From the NCBI GenBank assembly GCA_963692865.2, contig OY843592.1, positions 1,632,001-1,696,000 of the forward strand: 64,000 nucleotides of DNA, read 5' to 3'. Positions within the stretch are counted from its first letter, which is position 1; each line of letters opens with the position of its first letter. The DNA is from a bacterium. GTDB lineage: Bacteria > UBA8248. A model generated the notes under the pieces. The model worked only from the letters and a program-made list of their open reading frames with translations, had not been told where the DNA came from and ran no database searches. A program made the position numbers and the translations under genes. Below are positions 1-8,475 of the stretch, one piece after another.

Positions 1-1231
1 CATCGGCACCGAGATGCTGCTCGGCGACCTCATCGACACCAACAGCGCCTTCATCGCGGACCAGCTCAAGTCGGTCGGCGTGAACATGTATTTCAAGACC
101 ACCGTCGGCGACAATCTCGACCGAATCGCGGGCGTCATCAAACAGGCGCACGACCGCTCCCAGGTGGTCATCACCACGGGCGGCCTCGGCCCCACGGTGG
201 ACGATCTGACGCGGGAGGCATGCGCCAAGGTGATGGGCGTCGAGCTGGAGTTCCGGCAGGACCTGTATGACTACATCAGCGCCTATTTCAGCCGACGCGG
301 CTTCCACATGAGCGAGAACAACAGGAAGCAGGCCTTCATCCCCCAAGGGGCCACGCCCATCGAGAACCCGCGCGGCACGGCGCCGTGCTTCATGTGCGAA
401 GACGAGCGGGGGGTCATCATCGTGAGCCCGGGCGTGCCGCACGAGATGCGCTACATCATCACCCGGTGCGCGGTGCCCATCCTGCAGGAGAAATTCGACC
501 TGGGCGAGGTCATCCGCACGAAGGTCTTGAAGACGTGCGGCCTCGGCGAATCGCGGGTGGACGAGATGATATCGGACCTCTTCCGCGAGTCCGTCAACCC
601 GAGCATCGGCGTGCTCGCCCACCCCGGCCAGGTGGACGTGCGGATCACCGCGCGCGCGAAAGACATCGAAGAGGCGAACAACATGATAGCGGGCCTGGAG
701 GTCAAGGTGCGCGAGATTCTCGGTTCCGCCGTCTACGCCACCGGGAACGCGACGTTGGAAGAGACGCTGGCGCGCGTGCTGGCCCGGAGCGGCAAGACCA
801 TCTCGATCATCGAGTCGAACACCGGCGGCGCCTTGATCCAGAGGCTGAACGCCTGGCCCGAGCGCGTCCAGTTCTTGAAGCGCGGCGTCGTCGGCCTGCA
901 CGCGGAGGAGCTCGCGCGCATGTTCGGCGTGGATGGAAGTGATGACCCCGAGAACTTCGCCAGGGCGCTCGCGCGGAGGGTGCGTGAAGAATCGGACGCC
1001 GACTTAGGCCTTGCCGTCTTCGGCCCCAATCCGCCCGAGAACATCGAGCCGGAAAACTCCCGCCGCGCGCCCGCGCTGGGCGACACCCACATGGCGCTCG
1101 ACACGGGCGAAGACGTGTTCACCTTCACGGCGAGCTTCGGGGGCAACGAGCAGTTCGTGCAGTCGCGCGCGCCCATCTACGGGATGGAGCTCGTCCGCCG
1201 CGCGGTGCTGGGCTTGGACCCGCTCACGTGA
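1..1231 (+). CDS. cinA: CinA family protein (MoCF/COG1058 domain + degenerate PncC domain), 5'-truncated by the window edge
   Basis: Frame is open from the window start (IGTEMLLGDLIDTNS). Motifs TTGGLGPTVDDLTR, NPRGTAP, PGVPHEM, GLGES and IESNTGG. Confidence 0.9.
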   Translation, partial: IGTEMLLGDLIDTNSAFIADQLKSVGVNMYFKTTVGDNLDRIAGVIKQAHDRSQVVITTGGLGPTVDDLTREACAKVMGVELEFRQDLYDYISAYFSRRGFHMSENNRKQAFIPQGATPIENPRGTAPCFMCEDERGVIIVSPGVPHEMRYIITRCAVPILQEKFDLGEVIRTKVLKTCGLGESRVDEMISDLFRESVNPSIGVLAHPGQVDVRITARAKDIEEANNMIAGLEVKVREILGSAVYATGNATLEETLARVLARSGKTISIIESNTGGALIQRLNAWPERVQFLKRGVVGLHAEELARMFGVDGSDDPENFARALARRVREESDADLGLAVFGPNPPENIEPENSRRAPALGDTHMALDTGEDVFTFTASFGGNEQFVQSRAPIYGMELVRRAVLGLDPLT

Positions 1232-1253
1232 CGCGGGGGGCGGGTCCAATTTC

Positions 1254-1318
1254 TGAAAAATTGGATAAAATTGTATAAATTCACGGGGTTTTTCGACAAA
1301 TTTCCGTAAATTTTCGAG
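1254..1318. repeat. AT-rich ~10-bp-period dispersed repeat, inverted homologue of 24077-24140
   Basis: Reverse complement gaaatttgtcgaaaaaccccgtgaatttatac closely matches gaaatttatcgaaaaacctcgtgaatttatcc at ~24078. Confidence 0.8.
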
Positions 1319-1351
1319 GGGAAATGCGGGGAATTGCGCGTGTGGGATGCG

Positions 1352-1371
1352 CGCAAATGCGGGCAAATGCG
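1352..1371 (+). repeat. Decamer tandem motif CGCAAATGCGGGCAAATGCG, copy 1
   Basis: Identical 20-mer at 8447-8466; related copies at 3267, 24221 and 28653. Confidence 0.85.
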
Positions 1372-1465
1372 CGCGCAAAGCCGGCGGGATATGTGATCCC
1401 TCCCGAACGATGCGCCTCCCGGTCCTCTCCTCGATGCAGGCGTTCACCAGCCGGCTCCCTTTCGC

Positions 1466-3139
1466 CTAGGCCCGCCCGTAACGGCGGCGGCGCCTGTTGA
1501 TGCCCTCCAGCTTGCGCGAGAGCTTCTCGAGCGTGCGGTCGTCGCTCAGGTTCCCTTCGATGTGGATATGGTAGACGTGCGAGCCGCTTCCGCCCATCTC
1601 TTCCCGTATCGCGTCGCGTATGATGGGCCGCACGCCGCGCTGGAAGAAGTCGATGGATTGGGGGTGGTTCACGTTCATGATGTGCTCGGGCCCCGCCTCG
1701 CCCACGAGCCTGAGCGCCGAGCGCTTGACGAAGCGCCCCGCCGCGTCGCCCTCGAAGACGGGGAGCGCTTTCAAATAGGCGTCGTAAAGCTCCGCGCCGA
1801 AATACCGCCGCACGCCTTTCTGGGGCGAGATGCCCGCCTTGCCGGCCGCCCGCTGGATGAGCTGAAAGGTCAGGCCCGCCTTTTCCATCAATGGAGGATC
1901 CACGCTCATCCGGCCTTCGTAGACCGCCTTGGGAAACGAGAGAAGCCGCGCTTCTTCCGCCACGCCGGTCTTGCGGAATTTATCCAGCGCGATGTACAGC
2001 CCGGCCGCCTGCGCGAGATTCGCTATTCCCATGGTGAAGGGCGTGGATCTTTTTCTGAAGCCCTTGAAGCCGAGGAAGGAGAGCACCTGCTTGATGGCCC
2101 CGCCCTTGTTGAACAGGACGTCGGTGAGCAGAAAAGCGCCCGCAGCCGGCCCGAAGGCGGCGAGCCCCGTGGCGCCCGCGAGCGCGGGGAGGGCACCCGC
2201 GACGTTGATGGCCAGGTTCGCCCCCGTCTTCAGGGTTTTCGGGCCGCTCAGGAAGTCCAGCGCCGAAAAAGCGACCCGCAAGGTCGCCGCCGCTTTCGTC
2301 GCCGCAATCCGCGCGGCCAGAGCGGCGCTCGCCTTTTCACCCGCGGCGGTGGCGATTGCCGTGCCGCCCAGGCGATTCGCCGCCTCGAGCTCGGAGACGG
2401 ACTGGAAAAGACGCATGAGTCCGGCTTCGCCGCCGATTTTCGCCAGCGGCACCACGAGTTCCGGCCCCGCCTCGCCGATCAGGCCCAGGGTGGGCTTTTT
2501 CACCAGGCCGCCCTTGGAGAAGCCGAACACATTGAGCAGGCCCTTGCCCACATCACCCAGCAGGTTCAGCCCCAAATCCTGGAGCGCGCCCACCGCGGGT
2601 TTGATGAATTGCGTGCTCGCCATCTCGGCGGCCGCGTTGCGCACCATGTCGATGGCGTGGTTTTTGAGGTCGCTGAACAGATCCTTGGCGCTTGCGATTT
2701 CGCCGGTGAGGACGCCCGAGAAGAACCGGGTGAGCGTTTGCTCGCTCGCCGAGGCGAAGTCGTTCACTGCCCTTCCGGCGATCCGAAAAGAGGCGGGCAA
2801 GTCCGCGGCTTTCCTTTTGACTTCGCCCAGGCCTCTCGCGAGCGGGCCGGAGCCGAGTCGGGAGCCTGCGCGTTCCGCATTCCTCCACAGGGTGTTCATA
2901 CCCTCGGCGGCGCGCATGGACGAGACGCCGACTCCTTCGAGTCTGTCTGCGGATTGAACGAAGGCGCGGCTCGACTTTTCGAGCGCGCTGCGGGAGCCGA
3001 GGGTTTGCGCCTGGAGTTTTTCCGTGGCGATTCTCGCCCGGCCCGCCGCCTTGGCGAATCGATCGAGCGTCTTGAGGCTGTTCCCGGAGTTCAGGTCTAT
3101 TTTCTTTATCACCGATATCTTGTGGACTTGCTCCGGCAT
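1466..3139 (-). CDS. Phage/GTA-type tail tape-measure-like protein (557 aa)
   Basis: Ala/Gly/Leu-rich helical sequence with a segment like the lambda TMP C-terminus (LTRFFSGVLTGEIASAKDLFSDL). Motif FSKGGLVKKPTLGLIGEAGPELVVPL and a second copy LVGEAGPEH. ATG at 3139 follows GAGGGA. Confidence 0.75.
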   Translation of the reverse strand: MPEQVHKISVIKKIDLNSGNSLKTLDRFAKAAGRARIATEKLQAQTLGSRSALEKSSRAFVQSADRLEGVGVSSMRAAEGMNTLWRNAERAGSRLGSGPLARGLGEVKRKAADLPASFRIAGRAVNDFASASEQTLTRFFSGVLTGEIASAKDLFSDLKNHAIDMVRNAAAEMASTQFIKPAVGALQDLGLNLLGDVGKGLLNVFGFSKGGLVKKPTLGLIGEAGPELVVPLAKIGGEAGLMRLFQSVSELEAANRLGGTAIATAAGEKASAALAARIAATKAAATLRVAFSALDFLSGPKTLKTGANLAINVAGALPALAGATGLAAFGPAAGAFLLTDVLFNKGGAIKQVLSFLGFKGFRKRSTPFTMGIANLAQAAGLYIALDKFRKTGVAEEARLLSFPKAVYEGRMSVDPPLMEKAGLTFQLIQRAAGKAGISPQKGVRRYFGAELYDAYLKALPVFEGDAAGRFVKRSALRLVGEAGPEHIMNVNHPQSIDFFQRGVRPIIRDAIREEMGGSGSHVYHIHIEGNLSDDRTLEKLSRKLEGINRRRRRYGRA

Positions 3140-3266
3140 GGAGTCCCTCACTTATGAACGAGGTGTTGAATGAGATGCGCGAGAGAAGGCGCATCCCCGC
3201 TGCCCGCCGCTTCCATTGGCGGGGAGAGGCCCAGTGTATCGGCGGCGGGAGAAGGCCGGGGTACGG

Positions 3267-3297
3267 CAAATGCGGGCAGTTGCGGGGTTTTGCGGGA
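3267..3297 (+). repeat. Decamer tandem motif, copy 2 (caaatgcggg cagttgcggg gttttgcggg)
   Basis: TGCGGG occurs three times at exact 10-bp spacing. Confidence 0.7.
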
Positions 3298-3336
3298 GGG
3301 GTTCGGCAAAGTGGCGCGCGCCCCCGATTGTCCGCC

Positions 3337-3459
3337 CTAGTCCGCCCAGGGGTTGATGAAGTGCCACAGGTGGTTCGTGATGAGGCGCGGCTCGAAGGCC
3401 GCGACGACGCACAAGACGGCGGCTGCCGAGAAGAGCGCCGCGAGAAGGCGGGGAATCAT
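3337..3459 (-). CDS. 40-aa hydrophobic peptide MIPRLLAALFSAAAVLCVVAAFEPRLITNHLWHFINPWAD (not in ORF track)
   Basis: ATGA overlap with the upstream stop, AAGGAG RBS, single hydrophobic helix. Confidence 0.6.
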   Translation of the reverse strand: MIPRLLAALFSAAAVLCVVAAFEPRLITNHLWHFINPWAD

Positions 3460-3839
3460 GGTTGACGCTCCTTGTTCAGGCGCTCGCCGAGTCTGGCGAG
3501 CGCGATTTCGACCGCGCGCAGGCGGCGCAGGATTTGCGCGAAGGCTTGCGCGTCCTCGCGCGTTTTTTTCACCGAGATCGCTTTCAGCTCACGGAATTCG
3601 AGGTCGGCAATCGTCTTCGCCTCGCGGAGTCGCGTCTCCACTTCCCGGAAGCGGACGCGCGCGCCCGCGTTTTTCTCCAAAAGCCAGGAGTGGCCCCGCT
3701 CGCTCATGTGGGCCGCCAGACGCGCCTCCACGTTCACGATCTGGTTGTAGAGCGGGGTGTAGGCGGCCACCCCGAGGCCGGCGATGCTCAGGATGGACAG
3801 GAAAATCTGGAGTCCTTTGCCGTTTCCCTCCGAAGCCAT
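3456..3839 (-). CDS. 127-aa protein with N-terminal TM helix and coiled coil (holin/XhlA-like position)
   Basis: Starts MASEGNGKGLQIFLSILSIAGLGVAAY; TGATG coupling to the upstream gene; charged heptad C-terminus. Confidence 0.65.
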   Translation of the reverse strand: MASEGNGKGLQIFLSILSIAGLGVAAYTPLYNQIVNVEARLAAHMSERGHSWLLEKNAGARVRFREVETRLREAKTIADLEFRELKAISVKKTREDAQAFAQILRRLRAVEIALARLGERLNKERQP

Positions 3840-4534
3840 CAGCGCACCGCCTCGAAAGAGGCGGCGGCCTTCGCGAGTTTCGCATCCAGAGCCGCCACGC
3901 TCGCGGTGACGCTCGCATCCTGGGTGTCGCGTACGTACTCGTCGTAGATTTTTACGAGGGAGCCGAGCTTGCCGAGGAGCGCCGTTCTCCGGCTCGTCCA
4001 CTCATCCACCACGCTTTGGCCCGTCGCGTAGCGCGCCGGATAGGCGTCTTTTCTGTTTTTGATGAGCGAGAACCCCGGCTTGGCGAGCTTGTTCTCGTCG
4101 GAATCCTGCGCCCAGGCGTCGGCGAGTTTGGCCTTTTCCCCGTATTCGGCCAGTTTGCCGCCCAGAGCGCTCGTCGGCACGCCGACGACGCGCGCCTTGG
4201 CGCCGTTGAGCAGCAGATTGAGTTTCTCTTTCGCCTCGTCGCGGTGGATTTGCGCCACGCCGTCGGGCGCGTGCGCCGCATGAGCGGCGAGAACGGCGTC
4301 TCGCTGCGCACGGGTGCTCGAATCCGCCACGTGAATGACCCAAGTGTCAACCCCGGGGCCGTGGATTTCGGGGCGGGCGGATTCCGTCTCGCCGCGCCCG
4401 GGCCGCCAGTCGCCGTCAGGCGTCATGGCCGGTTTCAGCCGGTGCGCGCTGCCCAGGTAGATATCCGCGAGTCCGGCGGTTTCGAGTTCATCCCGAAAAT
4501 GCGGGCCGACCGCTTTTGTCACTTCGATTTCCAT
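3839..4534 (-). CDS. Hypothetical phage protein, possible tail-fibre assembly/chaperone (231 aa)
   Basis: AGGAGG RBS; follows the fibre-like gene; AQRDAVLAAH segment and helical C-terminus. Confidence 0.55.
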   Translation of the reverse strand: MEIEVTKAVGPHFRDELETAGLADIYLGSAHRLKPAMTPDGDWRPGRGETESARPEIHGPGVDTWVIHVADSSTRAQRDAVLAAHAAHAPDGVAQIHRDEAKEKLNLLLNGAKARVVGVPTSALGGKLAEYGEKAKLADAWAQDSDENKLAKPGFSLIKNRKDAYPARYATGQSVVDEWTSRRTALLGKLGSLVKIYDEYVRDTQDASVTASVAALDAKLAKAAASFEAVR

Positions 4535-4543
4535 GTTTGCCTC

Positions 4544-5485
4544 CTAAATCAAAACGACGCTTTGGAAGAGATAATCGCCGATGTTCAGGATGGTCGAACC
4601 CGCCACGCGAAAGACGAGCGTGGAGTGGACCTCGGCGAGCGCCCCTGTGTATATTCGCGTGTTCGCAATGGCGAAGTTGTCTTTCTCGTCGTTCGAGAGG
4701 CGGATGATTTCGACTTCCGGGTAGGCTTGTCCCGTCCCGTTGTACAACCCGAGATTCATATCCAGACCAACGAAGCCCGCGATGCTCGTCGAATTGACCC
4801 AGCCCTGTCCGCCCGCTTCCTGGCGGATGACGTCATGGCCCGGCCACATCAGGATTTCGTGCGTGGCGACGGAGGCCCATTTGGTGGACAGGGTGGTGGC
4901 GAGCGTTCCCTTGGCCTGGGCGGCGTATTCCGCCTTGTTCCAGAAACTTCTGACGTACACGTCGTTCGCGAGAACGAATTGCGACGAGGCGTCCGTTCTC
5001 GCGACCCCGACGAGGGTGCGGCTCTTGTCGTCCGTTTTGTGCGCCAGCCCCGTGGCGGCGTCGAACGCCCAGCTTCCCGTCCCGTCGAATTCGAGCTTGA
5101 GCGAGCCCCCGTCATCGTAGACGAAGACCGCATAGGAGCGGTTCGCCGCAAGGTCCGCGTTCGTTATCGTGATTCCCGCCCAGGGCAAATCCTCGTAGTA
5201 GACGTCTCCCGACGTTTCATCGATGAAGGGCACATGGCGGCCCGCTACGGGATTGACGACGGCGGGATAGTAGGCCGAACCCAGCGTCGGCCTGAACGCC
5301 AGGGTGGTGGCGTTCACGTAGTCGAGTCTGCCCGCGCATTGGATGGGTTGTCCGTTGGCCCTGATTTTTCCGTCCGGGAACAGCGCGGCGAGGGCCAGAC
5401 GGTCGATGACGCGGGCTTTCGTGGGGTGATGGCCGCCGATGGCTTCCTCGGTGTAGCGGGCGGACAGATCGGCTCCGATGGGCAT
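4544..5485 (-). CDS. Phage tail fibre / receptor-binding-like protein (313 aa; start MPIGADL)
   Basis: AAGGAG RBS before ATG 5485; beta-rich; AANRSYAVFVYDDGGSLKLE...KTDDKSRTLVG resembles fibre segments; position after the tip gene. Confidence 0.6.
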   Translation of the reverse strand: MPIGADLSARYTEEAIGGHHPTKARVIDRLALAALFPDGKIRANGQPIQCAGRLDYVNATTLAFRPTLGSAYYPAVVNPVAGRHVPFIDETSGDVYYEDLPWAGITITNADLAANRSYAVFVYDDGGSLKLEFDGTGSWAFDAATGLAHKTDDKSRTLVGVARTDASSQFVLANDVYVRSFWNKAEYAAQAKGTLATTLSTKWASVATHEILMWPGHDVIRQEAGGQGWVNSTSIAGFVGLDMNLGLYNGTGQAYPEVEIIRLSNDEKDNFAIANTRIYTGALAEVHSTLVFRVAGSTILNIGDYLFQSVVLI

Positions 5486-5496
5486 CGTTTTCTCCT

Positions 5497-6708
5497 TCAG
5501 GCGTAGGTGGCGGCGTCGCGCTCGGCGCCCAGGAGCCAGCCGCCTTCGAGTGTTTTTGTCCCGTCCAGAAGAGGGGAGGACGTCAGGAAAAAGCCGGTGT
5601 CTCGAATTTTGAGTTCCATGCCCTGTTCGCCCAGGTCGTAGTTCACCTCGATCACCTCTCCGATTTGATTCAAGAGGGGTTCGAGTTTCTCCGAACGCAT
5701 CCAGAGCACGCTGAACGCCACGTAGTCGTCCGGTTCGACTTCGAGCGCTCTCAGGGAGCCGTCCTCGATGGTGATCATGCGGGTCGGCTCGTGATAGCGC
5801 GCCACGATGCGCGATTGAACCGTGGCGGCCACGCTCTCGCGCCGGACCCATTTGAGCCTGAGCGGGCTTTGAAGGGGTCTTCTGACGCCATAGAGCCTTT
5901 GGGAGGACGTGTTTTGAGTGGCGCTCCCATCGTCGTGTTTGATGTAGCGCGCGCCCAGATAATCCCTGGCATAGAGCGCCGGAGCCTGATTGATGATGGT
6001 GTCGCGCGCCACCTCCGCCTCGATGCGCGACTGGCCGAAGCGGGGCAAGACCTTTCGGGGTGAAACGGCGGAAGATTCGCCTCCGGCGATGTGGATTTTC
6101 AGGCGGCCGAACGGGTCGATTTCGTATCGCCCGAGGAAATCGCCCAGAAGCGCGGTGAGGACGTCGGCGGGCGCATGGTCGTCCAGAATGATCCCGCCCG
6201 CCCGGTAGCCGAGCGCATTCGCGCCGGCCGCCGCGCGCGCGAGGGCCTGCATGTCGATATCCTGCTCGCTGAACCCCCAGACGCTCGTCATGAGGTACTG
6301 AACGACCTCGGCGGGATTTTCGATGAGCGCGCCCGCCGCGCTCTTCCTGCCCTTGCATACGGCGGTCACGCGCCCCTTCGGCGGGGTGGTGAAAGCGGCG
6401 GTGGCGATGACGCCCCTGCCTTGATGGTTCCGTGCGAGTTCGAGCGTGTAGCCCTCCGGCTCGATGCGGCCGCTGTCGTCGAACAGGGTGACGCCGCCCG
6501 CGATCTCGTGCGCGGCCACGCAGTAGACGCCGCCGTCCGCGGCGTCGATTTTCGGCGGCGCGTAGACGCCTGTTTTCTCGCGCGGAGGGGTGGTCAGGTC
6601 CCCATAGATGATGGGGAGGCTCTGGTCTTCGAATTCAGGGGCGGCGTACCTGGAAGCGCGCCCTATCTGAAACGAATCCGACAGCCGGTCCGTCGTCGGG
6701 TCGGCCAT
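5497..6708 (-). CDS. Phage tail tip/baseplate hub-like protein (403 aa)
   Basis: LPIIYG motif (cf. PIVYG of tail-tip proteins); hub-like C-terminus (LEVEPDDYVAF...IGEVIEV); terminal LDGTKTLEGGWLLG. Confidence 0.6.
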   Translation of the reverse strand: MADPTTDRLSDSFQIGRASRYAAPEFEDQSLPIIYGDLTTPPREKTGVYAPPKIDAADGGVYCVAAHEIAGGVTLFDDSGRIEPEGYTLELARNHQGRGVIATAAFTTPPKGRVTAVCKGRKSAAGALIENPAEVVQYLMTSVWGFSEQDIDMQALARAAAGANALGYRAGGIILDDHAPADVLTALLGDFLGRYEIDPFGRLKIHIAGGESSAVSPRKVLPRFGQSRIEAEVARDTIINQAPALYARDYLGARYIKHDDGSATQNTSSQRLYGVRRPLQSPLRLKWVRRESVAATVQSRIVARYHEPTRMITIEDGSLRALEVEPDDYVAFSVLWMRSEKLEPLLNQIGEVIEVNYDLGEQGMELKIRDTGFFLTSSPLLDGTKTLEGGWLLGAERDAATYA

Positions 6709-7242
6709 TCAGTTTCCCTCGCATTCAATCGTGACCGAGTCGATGCGCTCGATGATCCGGCGGATGGTGAAACTCCCGACAGAGAGAACGTCGGATATGT
6801 TTTGTCCCGAAAACCCGACGCGCACGTCGACCCTCCCGCCGATGAGCGGTTCCGTCGAGAGGATGCGGCTCATGCGCGGGTGGCCGTCCAGGTCGGGGGC
6901 GTTGTTGACGGCCATCGTGAGGCCGGAGAGTTCCTTTTCCCTGAATGCCTCGAGAACGGAGATGCCCTGAAACGCGCCCAGCGAGAAGCGGCCGCCGTCT
7001 TCTATCCAGTCATGGACGCCGAGGAGCACCTCCGCTCCCTCTCCGAGGAGGAAGGAGCCGTCGAGGACCCGGGAGCCGTCGAGGAAATGGATTCTTCCGC
7101 CTTGTCCGATCAGGGAACCGGGAACCTGCTTTCCGCAGAACACGCGCATTCCCCCGGCGGTGGAGAGGTGATAGAGGATGAAAGCCGTTTTCGCCTCGTG
7201 TCCGGCGATGTCGGCGACGGCCTGGTCCGTGGCGCGTTTCAT
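6709..7242 (-). CDS. Phage tail-associated protein (177 aa)
   Basis: ATGA-coupled to the upstream gene and abuts the downstream gene; LDGSRVLDGSFLLG motif; beta-rich C-terminus. Confidence 0.55.
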   Translation of the reverse strand: MKRATDQAVADIAGHEAKTAFILYHLSTAGGMRVFCGKQVPGSLIGQGGRIHFLDGSRVLDGSFLLGEGAEVLLGVHDWIEDGGRFSLGAFQGISVLEAFREKELSGLTMAVNNAPDLDGHPRMSRILSTEPLIGGRVDVRVGFSGQNISDVLSVGSFTIRRIIERIDSVTIECEGN

Positions 7243-8318
7243 GCGAGTCTTTCCCTGAGCTCAAGCTCGAAGGAGAAATCATCCGGTCCCGTCTGGCGAG
7301 GCGAAAAGCCGCCCGCGAAATGGGCGAGAATGACCGAATCGGGGTCGTCCACGTCCAGATGAACGAAGAACGGCTTGGCCCGTCCTGCTTCGACGTCCTG
7401 CACCGTCCGGTACATGGTGAGAAATTGCTCGCGCTGTTCGTTCGATATGCGCTCATAGGGGAGGGTGGCCGCGCGGCCGCGATTCAGGAGCACCGGACGC
7501 TCCGCCATGTTTTCCGTGCGCCCCGCCTCCTCGAAGGATTCCTCCCCCACCACGCTTCCGAACCAGAAATGATCGTCGGGTTCAAAAAAGCCGCCCAGGT
7601 AGATTTCCGAGACTTCCAGATGCGCGTCATGCCCGGCGGGGCCGCCTTCGGCCACAAGACGCCAGTGGCGATACGAGCGCGGCGCGGCGGCGAGGTAGTG
7701 GATGAGGATGGCGCTGCGCCAGGTGAGCCTTTCATCGAGCGCGGGCGCGCGCCAGTCCGCGGATGCGTTCGCCTGAATCCTGAGCCTCGCGCCGCGCGGG
7801 AAATTGTGGAGATGGGCGATGAATACGTCGGGAGAGACCCGCGCGCCGAAATCGAGGGCGAGCGCCCAGGGATCTCCCGGCGGAGAAGCGCTTCTCATCC
7901 GCGTGGCGGGGTCGAGATCGTAAATTCTCTTTGGCGAGTGAAAGCGATTCGCCGTCGCCTGCCAATGATCTCCCAAAGCGAAAGCGGGTGAGTGCGGTCC
8001 ATTCACGAAACGGACCTTCACGCCTGAATCGAGGGCGACGTCCCTCAGTGCGGTGGGGATGTTCGAGGCTTCCCAGGCGCCTGCGGGAGTGGAGGTTTTG
8101 CGCCACTTGAAACGGGCGCTTCCGACGTCGCCCGGGGCGTCGATTTCCACGTAATAGACTTGCCCGTCGTCTCCGTCGTAGGCGCCGGAGAATATCATCG
8201 AGCCGCCCGCGCCCGCGACGCGGGGCACGCCCGCGCCGACATATCCCGTTTTGACGGAAGTGGCGGTGATGACCGTCTCGTCATCGATGAAGTTTCGATA
8301 CATGAAGCGATGTCCCAT
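7239..8318 (-). CDS. Distal-tail (Dit)-like protein with inserted discoidin/carbohydrate-binding-like module (359 aa)
   Basis: Starts MGHRFMYRNFID after GGGAG; HNF...SYRHWRL...EVSEIYLG galactose-binding-like pattern; ends FSFELELRE. Confidence 0.55.
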   Translation of the reverse strand: MGHRFMYRNFIDDETVITATSVKTGYVGAGVPRVAGAGGSMIFSGAYDGDDGQVYYVEIDAPGDVGSARFKWRKTSTPAGAWEASNIPTALRDVALDSGVKVRFVNGPHSPAFALGDHWQATANRFHSPKRIYDLDPATRMRSASPPGDPWALALDFGARVSPDVFIAHLHNFPRGARLRIQANASADWRAPALDERLTWRSAILIHYLAAAPRSYRHWRLVAEGGPAGHDAHLEVSEIYLGGFFEPDDHFWFGSVVGEESFEEAGRTENMAERPVLLNRGRAATLPYERISNEQREQFLTMYRTVQDVEAGRAKPFFVHLDVDDPDSVILAHFAGGFSPRQTGPDDFSFELELRERLA

Positions 8319-8446
8319 TCCGATCTCCCGGGCGGGGAGTTCCACGTCGGGAAAACCCCTGGCTCCCGCCTTGTTTCGGCATCACTCCGGCGCAGGAGGG
8401 CGCCGGGGTCACCGAATATACGGAAATCGGGGGGGAGCGTTCGCCT

Positions 8447-8466
8447 CGCAAATGCGGGCAAATGCG
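8447..8466 (+). repeat. Decamer tandem motif, copy 3
   Basis: Identical to 1352-1371 over 20 bp. Confidence 0.85.
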
Positions 8467-8475
8467 TGGCAGAAA

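Noticed and set aside
4544-5485. Diversity-generating retroelement target in the fibre gene
   Set aside because: No reverse transcriptase or TR/VR repeat pair was seen in the window.
3353-5506. 717-aa + strand ORF, and the 291-aa N-terminal extension of ORF 4544..6358
   Set aside because: Arg/Pro/Gly-rich shadow frames overlapping better supported genes. The real start has an RBS at 5485.
1466-8318. Complete prophage, R-type tailocin or eCIS/T6SS
   Set aside because: No capsid, terminase, sheath, tube, baseplate wedge, VgrG/PAAR or AAA ATPase was recognisable.
1352-8466. 20-bp direct repeat read as prophage attL/attR
   Set aside because: The same motif occurs inside the module and at two unrelated sites, and there is no integrase or tRNA target. 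Treated as a dispersed motif, although a recombination role is not excluded.
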